NCBI GenBank assembly: GCA_029258885.1
Contig: JAPDJW010000002.1
Span: 256,001-320,000 of the forward strand
Direction of reading: 5' to 3'
Length of the DNA: 64,000 nucleotides
Origin: Thermoproteota archaeon
GTDB taxonomy: Archaea; Thermoproteota; Thermoprotei; Thermofilales; B9-G17
A model generated the notes under the pieces. The model was not told where the DNA came from and searched no databases. It was given only the letters and a program-made list of their open reading frames with translations. Below, in pieces: positions 19,430-29,469 of the stretch. A program made the position numbers and the translations under genes. Numbering within the stretch: position 1 is the stretch's first letter; every line of letters begins with the position of its first letter.

Positions 19430-20506
19430 ATGAGAATTAACCTACTCGATATACTCAATATATTAATTAAAGATCCAACAGCAAGTTTTAATAAGATAGC
19501 TAAAAAACTAAGCCTATCACCTACAACTGTTAAGAAGGCATACAATAAGCTCATATCCGAAAATCTGATCTCAAGCGTCTATGCGCTAGTAAACTATCCC
19601 GCAATAGATAGAGAAATGGTCAGTGTATTCATTAAATCCCACGTAAGAAAATGGAATATGCTTGAAAATGCATTAGATGGACATTTCTACCTTAGAAGCA
19701 GAGTAAGATGTATAGGATCAGTAGCTGGAATACATGCCTTCTTCGCAATACCAAAGGGCACATTGCCGTATCTCAGAGAGTTCCTAGAAGGATTAAGAAA
19801 CATGAATCTACTTGAGGACTATACGCTAGTAACACCCGCCTCAAAATGGTTCTACTCTGAGCCAGATCTAAAATACTTTAACTCAAAAACATTCACTTGG
19901 AAGATAGACTGGAATAAGATAAGGGAAATATATGAGGACGTAAAGCCAGAATTCATATCTGGAACAGATAAATCCGTAATGGATAAGCTAACCCTAGCAG
20001 ACTTCAAGATAATAGATAGGCTAACAGTAAACGCGCGAATACGTAAGAAGGAGCTAGCGAAGTTTGCTGGATTAAAGCCATACGAATTATCGAGGAGAAT
20101 AAAGTTCCTACACAGGGAAAAAGTTATACTAAAATACAGAGTAAGCTTAGGTCCTCGGATGATAGAGCATCTATCAGGATTCGCAGTAAACGCTAAATGC
20201 AACGGGTTAACAACAAGGAAAATAGCCGCATTCTTCAAAACACTACCCTTCCAGTCAACATTCATACCCACAAAGGATGGATTCCTAGCATTCATACTAA
20301 TAACATCAAGCGCATTCATCCAGCTGTCATCACTGCTATATGAAAACTGCACAAAACTGGAGATAAGCTGGCTAGACTATAGATACAGCAAACTATGGAA
20401 CATAGCCTACGAAGCATACAAAGACGGAAAATGGAACATGGACTACGACTTCATGGTAACAAAACCACTAGAAACAATAAAAAAGAAAATAGCATTAGTA
20501 AACTAA
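19430..20506 (+). CDS. Tandem Lrp/AsnC-type winged-HTH transcription regulator
   Basis: Two HTH modules (DPTASFNKIAKKLSLSPTTVKK; NARIRKKELAKFAGLKPYELSRRI), each followed by a ferredoxin-like segment. Confidence 0.75.
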   Translation: MRINLLDILNILIKDPTASFNKIAKKLSLSPTTVKKAYNKLISENLISSVYALVNYPAIDREMVSVFIKSHVRKWNMLENALDGHFYLRSRVRCIGSVAGIHAFFAIPKGTLPYLREFLEGLRNMNLLEDYTLVTPASKWFYSEPDLKYFNSKTFTWKIDWNKIREIYEDVKPEFISGTDKSVMDKLTLADFKIIDRLTVNARIRKKELAKFAGLKPYELSRRIKFLHREKVILKYRVSLGPRMIEHLSGFAVNAKCNGLTTRKIAAFFKTLPFQSTFIPTKDGFLAFILITSSAFIQLSSLLYENCTKLEISWLDYRYSKLWNIAYEAYKDGKWNMDYDFMVTKPLETIKKKIALVN

Positions 20507-20662
20507 AAGCAAATACCCTTAATTTAAACTTACAATGCAATTGTACCTCAGTCAATATAATTCCCCATAACATTAGTAACCATAAAATTTTCACATAGTT
20601 TTTGTAACTAAGGGAGGGGAAATCTATTATCTCAATATCCATAACTATGGAAGGACTATAAT

Positions 20663-20887
20663 CCCTCAATTCTCCTTTTAAAGTATTATTTCAGGCCTTC
20701 CTAGCCATCTTCTTTTCACTAAAAAGCATTAGAGTCTCTTAATACTCTTTTAAGATTCTCACGAAGCATAAGCTACTATTCAACCTCTTAATTTTATATT
20801 GAAAACTTTTTGCATCCTCTCCTACCTAAATGGAGTACAATAATACTCACAGCCATACGTCTTTCAATTCTCTTTTTTGAGAGTATT
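20663..20887 (-). CRISPR. Degenerate orphan mini-CRISPR (3-4 decayed repeats) with leader-like AT-rich flank at about 20888-21300
   Basis: Best repeat 20861-20887 reads AATACTCTCAAAAAAGAGAATTGAAAG on the minus strand. 20736-20760 matches the main repeat at 18/25. A related copy lies at 20663-20687 and a weak copy near 20797-20820. Confidence 0.45.
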
Positions 20888-21323
20888 TTTGTAGCTGTTT
20901 TGGTTGTGTTTATTTTTTGTCTCTTTTGTATTTATACGTTTTGTTCTAGCAAAACTGCATTATGCATTTAGCCCTATTTAAAGGGGTATATACAAATATT
21001 TTTCGACTATATATTTTTGACGAGTAAAATATATAAGATTGAATTTTTGGCAGCAAGCTTTATTCACTTTTCAAAAATGGATTTATATTATAAATTGAGT
21101 AATGTTTAGTATCTTCTCCATAATTTATTAATGATTTTATTATTTTAGCTTTTAATTATTGAAGATTATTTTTCCAAAATATTTTTGAAAAATAATATCA
21201 TAGTATAAATTCATGAAAAGAGAAATAAACCATATATAAAAGGGGATCAATGACTATAAGCCGCAAAATTGCCAAATGTTAAATTGAGTTAATGTTATTT
21301 ATTTCTTGGTTTTATTCTTTCAC

Positions 21324-22178
21324 ATGGGTTTAGAGTTGACTAGAGATATTGAGGGTAAGTGTTTTTTCATTGAGGTTGATGGTGTTAGATTGAATGTCTA
21401 TGATTCTGGGCGCTTTAGGAGCTATGATAGCGATATTGTTATGTTGTTTCTTCACGGTTCTCCCGGTCAGATTAGTAACTGGAAGTTTCAGATAGCGTAT
21501 TTTAGGGAGAAGTATAGGACTGTTGCTTTTGATCTTAGGGGCTATGGTAGGTCGGATAAGCCTGAGGTTGTTTCAATGGATGACTATATAAGGGATTTAG
21601 ATGGCGTTATCGAGAGGCTTAACATTGATTTAGACCGTGTCGTTTTAGTGGGCCATAGCTTTGGTGGAATGGTTGCTCAAAAGTATGCTTCCGAGAGGAA
21701 TATTTGGAGGCTTGTATTGATAGCTTCGCTGCCTAGGCTTAGGCCGGATATTTTCGATAAGATTGTGTGGCACCTGCCGCCGTTTTTCTGGAAGCCCCTT
21801 CTGTTTAAGAGGTACTTTTTGACAGAGAGGCTTTATAGGGATGTATTCTTCAGTAAGGCTTCTCCACCTGAGGTCTTTAGGGAGTTTATGGGGGATAACA
21901 CGGAGTATATCGAGAATCTTCCGCCTCAATCGTTTAGATATCTGAGGTATTTCCTGGACTATGATGTGCGCGACCACGCGGATAAGATTAAGTGTCCGAC
22001 GTTAATTATCGTGGGGAAGGATGATAAGGTAACGCCGCCGGAGTGTAGTGTGGAGTTGAATAAGCTCATAAGGAACTCGAGGTTAATAGTATTGGAGAAC
22101 GCTGGGCACTTAATTCTGTACGAGAAGCCTAAGGAGATTAATAGGCTTATCGAGGAGTTTATTTCAATTCAGCAGTAG
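21324..22178 (+). CDS. Alpha/beta hydrolase
   Basis: FLHG, DLRGYGRS, GHSFGG nucleophile elbow, GKDDKVTP, AGHL. Confidence 0.9.
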   Translation: MGLELTRDIEGKCFFIEVDGVRLNVYDSGRFRSYDSDIVMLFLHGSPGQISNWKFQIAYFREKYRTVAFDLRGYGRSDKPEVVSMDDYIRDLDGVIERLNIDLDRVVLVGHSFGGMVAQKYASERNIWRLVLIASLPRLRPDIFDKIVWHLPPFFWKPLLFKRYFLTERLYRDVFFSKASPPEVFREFMGDNTEYIENLPPQSFRYLRYFLDYDVRDHADKIKCPTLIIVGKDDKVTPPECSVELNKLIRNSRLIVLENAGHLILYEKPKEINRLIEEFISIQQ

Positions 22179-22242
22179 CCTTACTTTCACTCTCCTCAAG
22201 TCTTAAATTTTTATACCTCAATCACGGTATCCTAAACAGTCT

Positions 22243-23601
22243 ATGATTGAGCTAGTGTACGATAGGGGGACTGTGCTACTGAGGGGCTATAATGGAGGAA
22301 TTTTCCCACCAGGTATGCTTAAGTACGACCATAGGGTTAACGGCTACAGGTGCCTAGCATATAAGTACTACAGTATCGTTAAGTACCTGAAGCATAGGGG
22401 GATAAAGTTTAGAGACTATGTTCTCGACCTAGGATACTGCACGATTAGAAGGATTAGAGATTTTAACTTAAGAGGCTATCAGAGGGAGGCTCTTAGCTCC
22501 TGGCTGAAGAACGGCTGTAGAGGTGTCATAGTTCTCCCAACGGGCACTGGAAAGACGAGGGTAGCGTTAGCGGCTATAGGTGAGATACTTAAACCAACCT
22601 TGGTTGTTGTTCCCACTATTGAATTGATGGAGCAGTGGCGTAGAGCCATCCTAAGATACTTTAAGGCCTCGATAGGGTTCTACGGCGGTGGAAGGAAGGA
22701 GATTAAATGTATAACCATAGCAACCTACGATTCAGCCTATATAAACGCTGAAATACTTGGAAACAGGTTTATGCTAGCTATATTCGATGAAGTACATCAC
22801 CTACCCAGCCCAGGGTACAGGCAGATAGCCGAGCTACTAGCGGCGCCCCTCAGGATGGGATTGACAGCTACTCCTGAGAGGGAGGATCAAGCCCATCTAG
22901 ACTTAAACTATCTCGTAGGTCCAATAGTCTACAGGAGGAAGGTGGTAGAGTTTTCAGGCAAGTATCTGGCAGACTTCGACGTAGTAACTGTTAGGGTTAA
23001 GCTATCGGATGTTGAGCGCATGCTGTATGAGGAGTATATGGGCAAGTTCAGGAAATACGTTGAGAGTAGGGGCATAAAGTTTAAGTCCATAGAGGACTTC
23101 AGGAAAATCATTCTTGAGAGCGGTCTGGACGTTGAGGCTCGGGAGGCTCTGCTTGCGTGGCATGAGGCCAGAAAAATAGCGTTTAACGCCGAGGGTAAGA
23201 TTGAAGCCCTCAGGGAGATACTCTCCAAACATAGGGGCGATAAGATAATAATATTTACCGATAATAACGAGATTGTCAGGAGGATCTCTAGGGAGTTTCT
23301 TATACCTGAGATTACTCATAAGACGAGCGATAAAGAGCGTAGGATGGTTATGGAGGCTTTCAGGAGGGGAGCGTTGAAGACTATAGTTACGAGCAGAGTC
23401 TTGGAGGAGGGGATAGATGTTCCCGATGCAAGCGTGGCGGTAATACTCAGTGGAACGGGTAGTAGGAGGGAGTTCATCCAGAGGCTGGGCAGAATACTCC
23501 GTCCCAAGGGGGGTAAGCGTGCGGTTCTATACGAGGTAGTTACATCCAAGACTAAGGAGGTCTCAACGGCGCGTAGGAGGAAGAAGGAGGCTCTAGGATA
23601 G
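22243..23601 (+). CDS. xpb: Archaeal XPB-type DEAD/DEAH helicase
   Basis: PTGTGKT, DEVHH, GLTATPERED, QRLGRILRP; directly upstream of a DUF790 gene. Confidence 0.88.
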   Translation: MIELVYDRGTVLLRGYNGGIFPPGMLKYDHRVNGYRCLAYKYYSIVKYLKHRGIKFRDYVLDLGYCTIRRIRDFNLRGYQREALSSWLKNGCRGVIVLPTGTGKTRVALAAIGEILKPTLVVVPTIELMEQWRRAILRYFKASIGFYGGGRKEIKCITIATYDSAYINAEILGNRFMLAIFDEVHHLPSPGYRQIAELLAAPLRMGLTATPEREDQAHLDLNYLVGPIVYRRKVVEFSGKYLADFDVVTVRVKLSDVERMLYEEYMGKFRKYVESRGIKFKSIEDFRKIILESGLDVEAREALLAWHEARKIAFNAEGKIEALREILSKHRGDKIIIFTDNNEIVRRISREFLIPEITHKTSDKERRMVMEAFRRGALKTIVTSRVLEEGIDVPDASVAVILSGTGSRREFIQRLGRILRPKGGKRAVLYEVVTSKTKEVSTARRRKKEALG

Positions 23602-23602
23602 C

Positions 23603-25030
23603 ATGCTTCCATCACCGCTACTTATAGCTAAGGTATCTAGGGGAGTAATATTCCCCAAGTACTCAATGCTCAGTGAAGACGACGTGAAGCTGGCGTCCGA
23701 GATAATCGATACATTTAAGTCCTCAGTTGGCGGAAGGAGGGGCGAGCTTGAGGATGCCCTCCAGCGGATAGAGAACAAGTACTTTAGGGTCGGCTTCGAC
23801 TACAGGTTCATTAGGGGGCTAGCACACATACTTATGAGGAGGACTGTCTTTAAGAAGCCTAAGACAAAGGTGGATCCCGTTAAGGCTAGGTTCGAGCTTT
23901 TCCTCAGGGCAGCCAACAGCTACGGTGGATTCGTTTTAAATGAGGAGGAGAGGAATAGCGTCCTAAGGGAGGTGGCTGAGAAGTTCGGCATGACGGTCGA
24001 TGAATTGATCGAGTGCTTTAACGCCGTGTACGAGGATGAGGAGATAGTGGCTGACTTTCAGGATATAGACCCAGTTAGCTTGCTGAGACAATACAATTTA
24101 TCTATTGCTCAAACGCTACTGTTTAAGGCCCTCAATGTAGTGGCTGACGTTAAGGTCAGCGGTACCAATGCTAAGATACTTCTCTTCAATGCTAAGAGGC
24201 TTGGATTAATGTATTTCGCCGAGAAGCTCCCGGATGGGGTAAGGCTGACTATAGATGGTCCAGCCTCAATCCTAAAGCAGACGGAGAGGTATGGTACTAG
24301 GCTCGCGAAACTTCTACCGTATTTAATTGCGGCCGAGAGGTGGAGGATTAGGGCTAAGGTTAAGAGTAGGAGCGGCAGGGTATGTACATTCTATATGGAC
24401 GACTTTAAGAGGAGACTCTTCCCGCAGATAGAGATGACCTACGAGCCGTATGACAGCGAGGTCGAGGAGCTATTCTACAGGAGATTCAAGAGGCTTGGGA
24501 TCGACTGGAGCATAGTTAGGGAGCCGGAGCCTCTAGTGGCTGGAAACATGATATTCATACCGGACTTCGCGTTCGAGAGGGATGAGGAGAAAATATACCT
24601 GGAGATAATCGGCTTCTGGACGAAGGAGTATATCGAGAAGAAGCTTAGGAAGCTTAAACTGTTAAGGGATGTTAAGCTGATTATAGCGGCTAACGAGGAG
24701 CTCTACTGCTCTAAAGTATTCAAGGATGTCCCACACGAGGTAATATTCTTCAGAAACAGGCTTTCAGCCGCCGAGGTGTACATTAGGTTAAAGAAGCTTA
24801 TGGGAAAAACCGTGAAGAAGGCGAGCTTTAAAGGCGAAATCAGGATTCCCGAGGAGCTTAAAGAGTACCTATCAAGCATTAAGGAGGAGCCACTATCTAA
24901 AGTAATGGAGATAATGGAGAAATTCGGCATCACATCCAAGGATGCTATGAATATTCTAAAGAGAATGGGATTTGAGATCGTGTGGAGAACTCTGGATGCG
25001 GATGATGTCATAGTTAGAAGGAAAAGCTAA
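23603..25030 (+). CDS. bax1: Bax1 / DUF790 family endonuclease
   Basis: IDGPASILKQTERYG, IPDFAF...YLEIIGFWTKEY (PD-(D/E)xK-like); established partner of XPB. Confidence 0.85.
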   Translation: MLPSPLLIAKVSRGVIFPKYSMLSEDDVKLASEIIDTFKSSVGGRRGELEDALQRIENKYFRVGFDYRFIRGLAHILMRRTVFKKPKTKVDPVKARFELFLRAANSYGGFVLNEEERNSVLREVAEKFGMTVDELIECFNAVYEDEEIVADFQDIDPVSLLRQYNLSIAQTLLFKALNVVADVKVSGTNAKILLFNAKRLGLMYFAEKLPDGVRLTIDGPASILKQTERYGTRLAKLLPYLIAAERWRIRAKVKSRSGRVCTFYMDDFKRRLFPQIEMTYEPYDSEVEELFYRRFKRLGIDWSIVREPEPLVAGNMIFIPDFAFERDEEKIYLEIIGFWTKEYIEKKLRKLKLLRDVKLIIAANEELYCSKVFKDVPHEVIFFRNRLSAAEVYIRLKKLMGKTVKKASFKGEIRIPEELKEYLSSIKEEPLSKVMEIMEKFGITSKDAMNILKRMGFEIVWRTLDADDVIVRRKS

Positions 25031-25070
25031 AAACTAGTATCCATACTGTAACGTAACTAAGTCATTTAAA

Positions 25071-25526
25071 TTAACTAAGATGGTATTCTACGGGTACTCG
25101 TACTCGGCGGCTCACACTAAGCGGCTCAATGCGAACTGGTATACTCTCCTTTAAGCTCCTAGGCCCCCTCTTTAAGACTAGCACTAGGTATATCTCATTT
25201 ACATTACTGGTTAAATCGGATGAAACCTGAAGCTCTCTCTTCCTCATTGTAATAAACTTTCTAAACGGCAGGTTTTCATCCTCCGTGAATATAATCCATC
25301 TATCCACTATCTGAGGCCTCCACACGACAGCATATGTTCCGCTCTCCTCCACTTCAAGGAGCTTTTCATCGTGTACGAGACCAAGCGCTCTATTAAATCT
25401 CCTGATGTATAGCCCAGCCTTATAGCGTGTGAGGCTTGTCCTCAAGCTAATCCTAAGAGCATCCTCATGAATTCTCACATACACAGTAGCCTCATCCCTC
25501 CCATCCGGGCTTCTAATAGAAAACAC
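25071..25526 (-). CDS. Hypothetical protein (possibly 5'-truncated)
   Basis: 151-aa ORF from GTG; the frame stays open about 22 codons further upstream with no start codon. Confidence 0.45.
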   Translation of the reverse strand: MFSIRSPDGRDEATVYVRIHEDALRISLRTSLTRYKAGLYIRRFNRALGLVHDEKLLEVEESGTYAVVWRPQIVDRWIIFTEDENLPFRKFITMRKRELQVSSDLTSNVNEIYLVLVLKRGPRSLKESIPVRIEPLSVSRRVRVPVEYHLS

Positions 25527-25805
25527 CTCATTTCCAACGGTTATTGCATAGCTCCTAGGGGTGAGAGGAGGAGAAATATAGATGTTATTCCCCTAATAAC
25601 TTAACCTAATTTTTAGAAATTCATAGAATAAACAGTTGTGCTACGCTATAACTATACATAAATAAACAGACACGGATCTAGTGGATGTTAAGAATATTAA
25701 GCTATAGAAGGATGATATCAAGCAGGTAAACGTTATAGCTGGAGAAGAAACATCCAACGTAAACTTCCAACTCGAGAAGTCAGGGATTATTTCAACGAAA
25801 TGGAG

Positions 25806-25881
25806 ACTCCCATCCTTAAACGGTCCTATAAGCAGGTTATCATCTTCAACTATACTTCCCCCCAGAAGCAACCCGGCGACG
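25806..25881. repeat. 76-bp direct copy of 27627-27702 (internal segment of the GTPBP1 gene)
   Basis: 73/76 identical by manual alignment; encodes VAGLLLGGSIVEDDNLLIGPFKDGS on the minus strand in both places. Confidence 0.9.
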
Positions 25882-25975
25882 GTACGGTAAGTAAAGAGCA
25901 AGGTTCGGAGATGAAAAGCCTAAGTGTATTTAAGCCTACATAGAATAAAGTTTAACATACTCTAGAGAAGGTTAC

Positions 25976-27112
25976 TTAACCTTTCTTTAGTTCTTCTCTC
26001 ACCTTTATAATAGTGTCGTCTTTGACCGGAAATCCCCATTCTATAAAATATTGCGTGAGGTCCCTACCGGAGAATTTACAAAGGTAATAGAGAAAAAGGT
26101 TGAATTTGTCAACTGGATCCTTAGGTATTTCATCTTGAGTGAGATTTAGCCATGCTCTATAGGTTTTCTTGAATGGCTCCCACCCGATCATGTTCTTAAT
26201 TATAAGGAGCTTATGAGTTTCTGCATCGTTATTTTTAAAGTTAGGCCACTGTTTTAGCCTTTTCTCCTCGCCCGTCCTTGCAGCCATCATAGCGTAGTAA
26301 TCATCAAGCGTCTTTCCAGATGATACTGAGTAGTCATACCACACGCCCCCCTGTTTTATCTTTGCCTTAAGCTTCTCAGCAACATATACCATTTTAAAGT
26401 TGGCTGATGATTCGGCATTCCAGACCCACCTATAGTCAATGTCGAAGTCATGCCCTAGCTCGTGAAGAATTCCGAACAACCAGTCGCCTTCATTTATTTG
26501 CTTTATGGCGTCAGGTACGTACTTTGAATACCATTTTACGGGGTTTCCAGCAACCGCCCAGCCGCCAGGATACTCATCAACTTCTTTAATGACTATTTTC
26601 TCGCCGCCGTAAGGCACAGTGCCCACTAGCTCTTGGTATGCCTCATAGGCTAAATCAAGCTTTCGAAGCCAGTCAAGGACATTGTTGAATAGATCGAAAC
26701 TTCTCTTCTTAAGATCTAGTATTATATGTTCTCCTTCTACAATTACTCTTTCTTCGTCCTTTACCTTAAGCTGAAAAGAGTACCTTCTCTCTCTCCAGCT
26801 AATTATTAGGCTTAAATCTTCTCTATAGCTTATATTAAAGGTATGTATGTAGACTGCCGAATTTATGTTAAACTTCCAAGAAGATAGGGTTTCATCTCCA
26901 AGGCTCAAGTTCATCAAAATATTTCCAATTCGACTGCCATCAGTAGTATAGACATAGACCTTAGCAACTAATAATTCCTCAGTATAAGAAACCCACAAGT
27001 GCTTATCAACCTTAATTACGAGTTCTGTAGTGCCTAGTTTTAATATAAAGAGGAATATGAAAACAGTCGATACGACTGCTAAGAATAGGATGAGCCAGAC
27101 AAGCTTAGACAT
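25976..27112 (-). CDS. Membrane-anchored M60-like (gluzincin) metallopeptidase
   Basis: N-terminal TM; FGILHELGH...W.W.AESSAN; C-terminal SGRDLTQYFIEWGFP typical of M60-like domains. Confidence 0.7.
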   Translation of the reverse strand: MSKLVWLILFLAVVSTVFIFLFILKLGTTELVIKVDKHLWVSYTEELLVAKVYVYTTDGSRIGNILMNLSLGDETLSSWKFNINSAVYIHTFNISYREDLSLIISWRERRYSFQLKVKDEERVIVEGEHIILDLKKRSFDLFNNVLDWLRKLDLAYEAYQELVGTVPYGGEKIVIKEVDEYPGGWAVAGNPVKWYSKYVPDAIKQINEGDWLFGILHELGHDFDIDYRWVWNAESSANFKMVYVAEKLKAKIKQGGVWYDYSVSSGKTLDDYYAMMAARTGEEKRLKQWPNFKNNDAETHKLLIIKNMIGWEPFKKTYRAWLNLTQDEIPKDPVDKFNLFLYYLCKFSGRDLTQYFIEWGFPVKDDTIIKVREELKKG

Positions 27113-27206
27113 ATTAAAATAGATAAATTAGCGATATTTATAAAATTTTAGTATAATGTCTTTCATATAACAACCTAGTTTCAAGTGAGCATAAAGATCA
27201 TTAGCG

Positions 27207-28793
27207 CTACTCCAGTATCTCTAGTATTCTACCTATGGCCTTCGTTCTCGATTCTCTAAGCATAAATATTTCTCCTTCACGTATATACCATGGATGATAC
27301 ATGAACTCTAGCACAACCCTACCAGTATCGCCAGTCCTCATGGGCTCCTTCTCCATTTCAACGAAGCTTACGGTGCTCCTAATAGAGTGCATGTGGAAAA
27401 CCGCCTGATAGCCACGCTTAATAGTTGTCGGGTGACGTAGTATAGTGACTTTAGCAATAAACTTCTTCACGCTCATAGGCTTCACGCTTCTATCCAGCAG
27501 CACCTGACCCTTCTCAATCTCATCGTAGTGTATGTTTGCGAGGGCAAGCGTAGCATACTGTCCAGCATATATCCTGTGTACAGGTATCCTATTCACCTGT
27601 ATAGACCTAACCCTAACGTTCCTCCAACTTCCATCCTTAAACGGTCCTATAAGCAGGTTATCGTCTTCAACTATACTTCCCCCCAGAAGCAATCCGGCGA
27701 CGACGGGTCCTACGCCCTTGACGTTGAATATATCCTCGACGTATAGTTTAGCTGGATTTTTAACCTCCTCCTTCCACGACCTCTTAGGCGGGAGATAGTT
27801 CAGGAAGCTGAGCAGAAGCTTTATTCCCTCCCCAGTTACGCTCGACACCTTAAATACTGGCACTATACGTCCGCTCGCGATATGTCTAGCAGCCAGAACA
27901 GCATCGTTTTCATCCTTGACCATAAATGGAACCTTATCAATACCAGGTAGCTTCAATATCCTATATATCTCGTTAATAGTCTTTTCAATAACGTGCTTAG
28001 GTGTCATGTCGATTTTAGTTACAACTATAAACACAGGTATCCTGAGGGCAATACAAATGCCGAGATGCTCTCTACCCATCCTCAGAAGGCCAGCATTAGC
28101 CCCGACAACAATCATAGCGTAGTCCGGATGCCTGGACATAACACCCTTAAGGGTAGTTCTTAAATACCTCTCATGGCCGCCTAGGTCAACGAGGGAAATA
28201 ACCTTAATAGACTTAAGGTAGATTTCGGCCTCATTCAGAGGTGAGACAAGAGAGTAGTTGACGGGCTCACTATCGAGGGAGAATCCTAGGTGTTTCTCGG
28301 AGATTGATGATGTCCTGCCGCTCTCTATCTCGTGCAGAAACCTGGCGATTCTACGCATAGCTGAGCCTTCGCCGTCATCAAGTTCGCCAGTACAGAGTAC
28401 GCTAATTAATGTGCTCTTACCAGCGTCGACGTTGCCCAGTGCGGTAACAGTAATGAATATCGGAGGCTTGTCCTCTCTGCTACATCTAACTAGGACCTCA
28501 GCTACATAACGTTCACCAATCTTCCTCTTTCTCACAACAATAATCTTAGCTCCAATAATCGATGCAACCTTTTCCAGAGTCTTCAAAGACTCATTTAAAA
28601 CCTTATGTGAAACACCTTTAACCAAGCCATCGTCAGTAACTCCTATAACGTAAAAGGCTTCGCCACCACCTTCGGCAAGCCTATACTTCATCTGTGATGC
28701 AAGTTCCTCGATACGTTCGCGATTGATACCAGTAAGCTTAAGCTTATACTCTATGCTACCCTCATCCCTCTCGGGAGGAAGCCTCTCAATCAA
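27207..28793 (-). CDS. GTPBP1-like translational GTPase (EF-1A/EF-Tu superfamily)
   Basis: GNVDAGKST, ESGRTSS, DLGGHERY, TKID; N-terminal PERDEGSIEYKL domain; domains II/III. Confidence 0.9.
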   Translation of the reverse strand: MIERLPPERDEGSIEYKLKLTGINRERIEELASQMKYRLAEGGGEAFYVIGVTDDGLVKGVSHKVLNESLKTLEKVASIIGAKIIVVRKRKIGERYVAEVLVRCSREDKPPIFITVTALGNVDAGKSTLISVLCTGELDDGEGSAMRRIARFLHEIESGRTSSISEKHLGFSLDSEPVNYSLVSPLNEAEIYLKSIKVISLVDLGGHERYLRTTLKGVMSRHPDYAMIVVGANAGLLRMGREHLGICIALRIPVFIVVTKIDMTPKHVIEKTINEIYRILKLPGIDKVPFMVKDENDAVLAARHIASGRIVPVFKVSSVTGEGIKLLLSFLNYLPPKRSWKEEVKNPAKLYVEDIFNVKGVGPVVAGLLLGGSIVEDDNLLIGPFKDGSWRNVRVRSIQVNRIPVHRIYAGQYATLALANIHYDEIEKGQVLLDRSVKPMSVKKFIAKVTILRHPTTIKRGYQAVFHMHSIRSTVSFVEMEKEPMRTGDTGRVVLEFMYHPWYIREGEIFMLRESRTKAIGRILEILE

Positions 28794-28951
28794 GGAGTTT
28801 CACTTGTAAATATACTTTAAGGTTATCTATAAATCTGTAGCGGTCATTATCTATAATCGTATTTATAAATTTACCTCTATTAAATACTACTGTATCTCTT
28901 TATGTGAACATTTTTATATAAGCTTCTCCTATTACCATAAGGGGTAGTCAT

Positions 28952-29326
28952 TTGGCTACTTTGCATATGGTTGGAGTAACGCCTGAAAAGGCTATTGAGC
29001 TGGTTAAAAAGGGGAAAAAGGGCGATATTGTAGCACTTAAATATTGGCTCAATAAGCCTGATGCTGAGGTAGATCCCAAGAACCTAGGTGTGCCTATCCG
29101 CACTCCTCTATTAACTATATCATTAGCACGTACTCCCAACATAAGGGTGGTGAACGGTATTCTCGTATGTAAAGCCTTCCTTTCCGAGGATATACTGCCA
29201 GATGAAGTAAAAATTGAGGAGAATATCGTAGGACAGGTTGAAGGATTAAAGATCTATAAGGTCTCAGTTAGAATACCATTTGATGATTTAGTAGGTATAT
29301 TCTTTCCACTGGAAGATATAGATTAA
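28952..29326 (+). CDS. Hypothetical protein, tandem paralog 1 (possible SspB-like fold)
   Basis: TTG start, GGGGT SD, own TATA; 84/124 identical to the next gene. Confidence 0.75.
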   Translation: MATLHMVGVTPEKAIELVKKGKKGDIVALKYWLNKPDAEVDPKNLGVPIRTPLLTISLARTPNIRVVNGILVCKAFLSEDILPDEVKIEENIVGQVEGLKIYKVSVRIPFDDLVGIFFPLEDID

Positions 29327-29469
29327 CATCAACAATTTCTAAAATATTTTCCTATAGTAAATCTATTTACATATACCTTACTATTTAATATATTTCTATA
29401 TTTTATTTTAGGAATGTAGTTTGCAAACATATTTATATAAGTCTTTCATACATTACCTGGGGTAATTAC

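Noticed and set aside
20451-20669. 72-aa minus-strand ORF
   Set aside because: Overlaps the regulator 3' end and the degenerate repeat region; no recognisable features.
25641-25901. 86-aa ORF containing GTPBP1 residues
   Set aside because: Chimeric: 25 codons from the duplicated fragment and the rest antisense to another relic; treated as a scar.
25806-27702. Classical integrative element bounded by att sites
   Set aside because: No integrase, and the distal copy is not followed by the displaced GTPBP1 3' end; kept only as an unexplained duplication.
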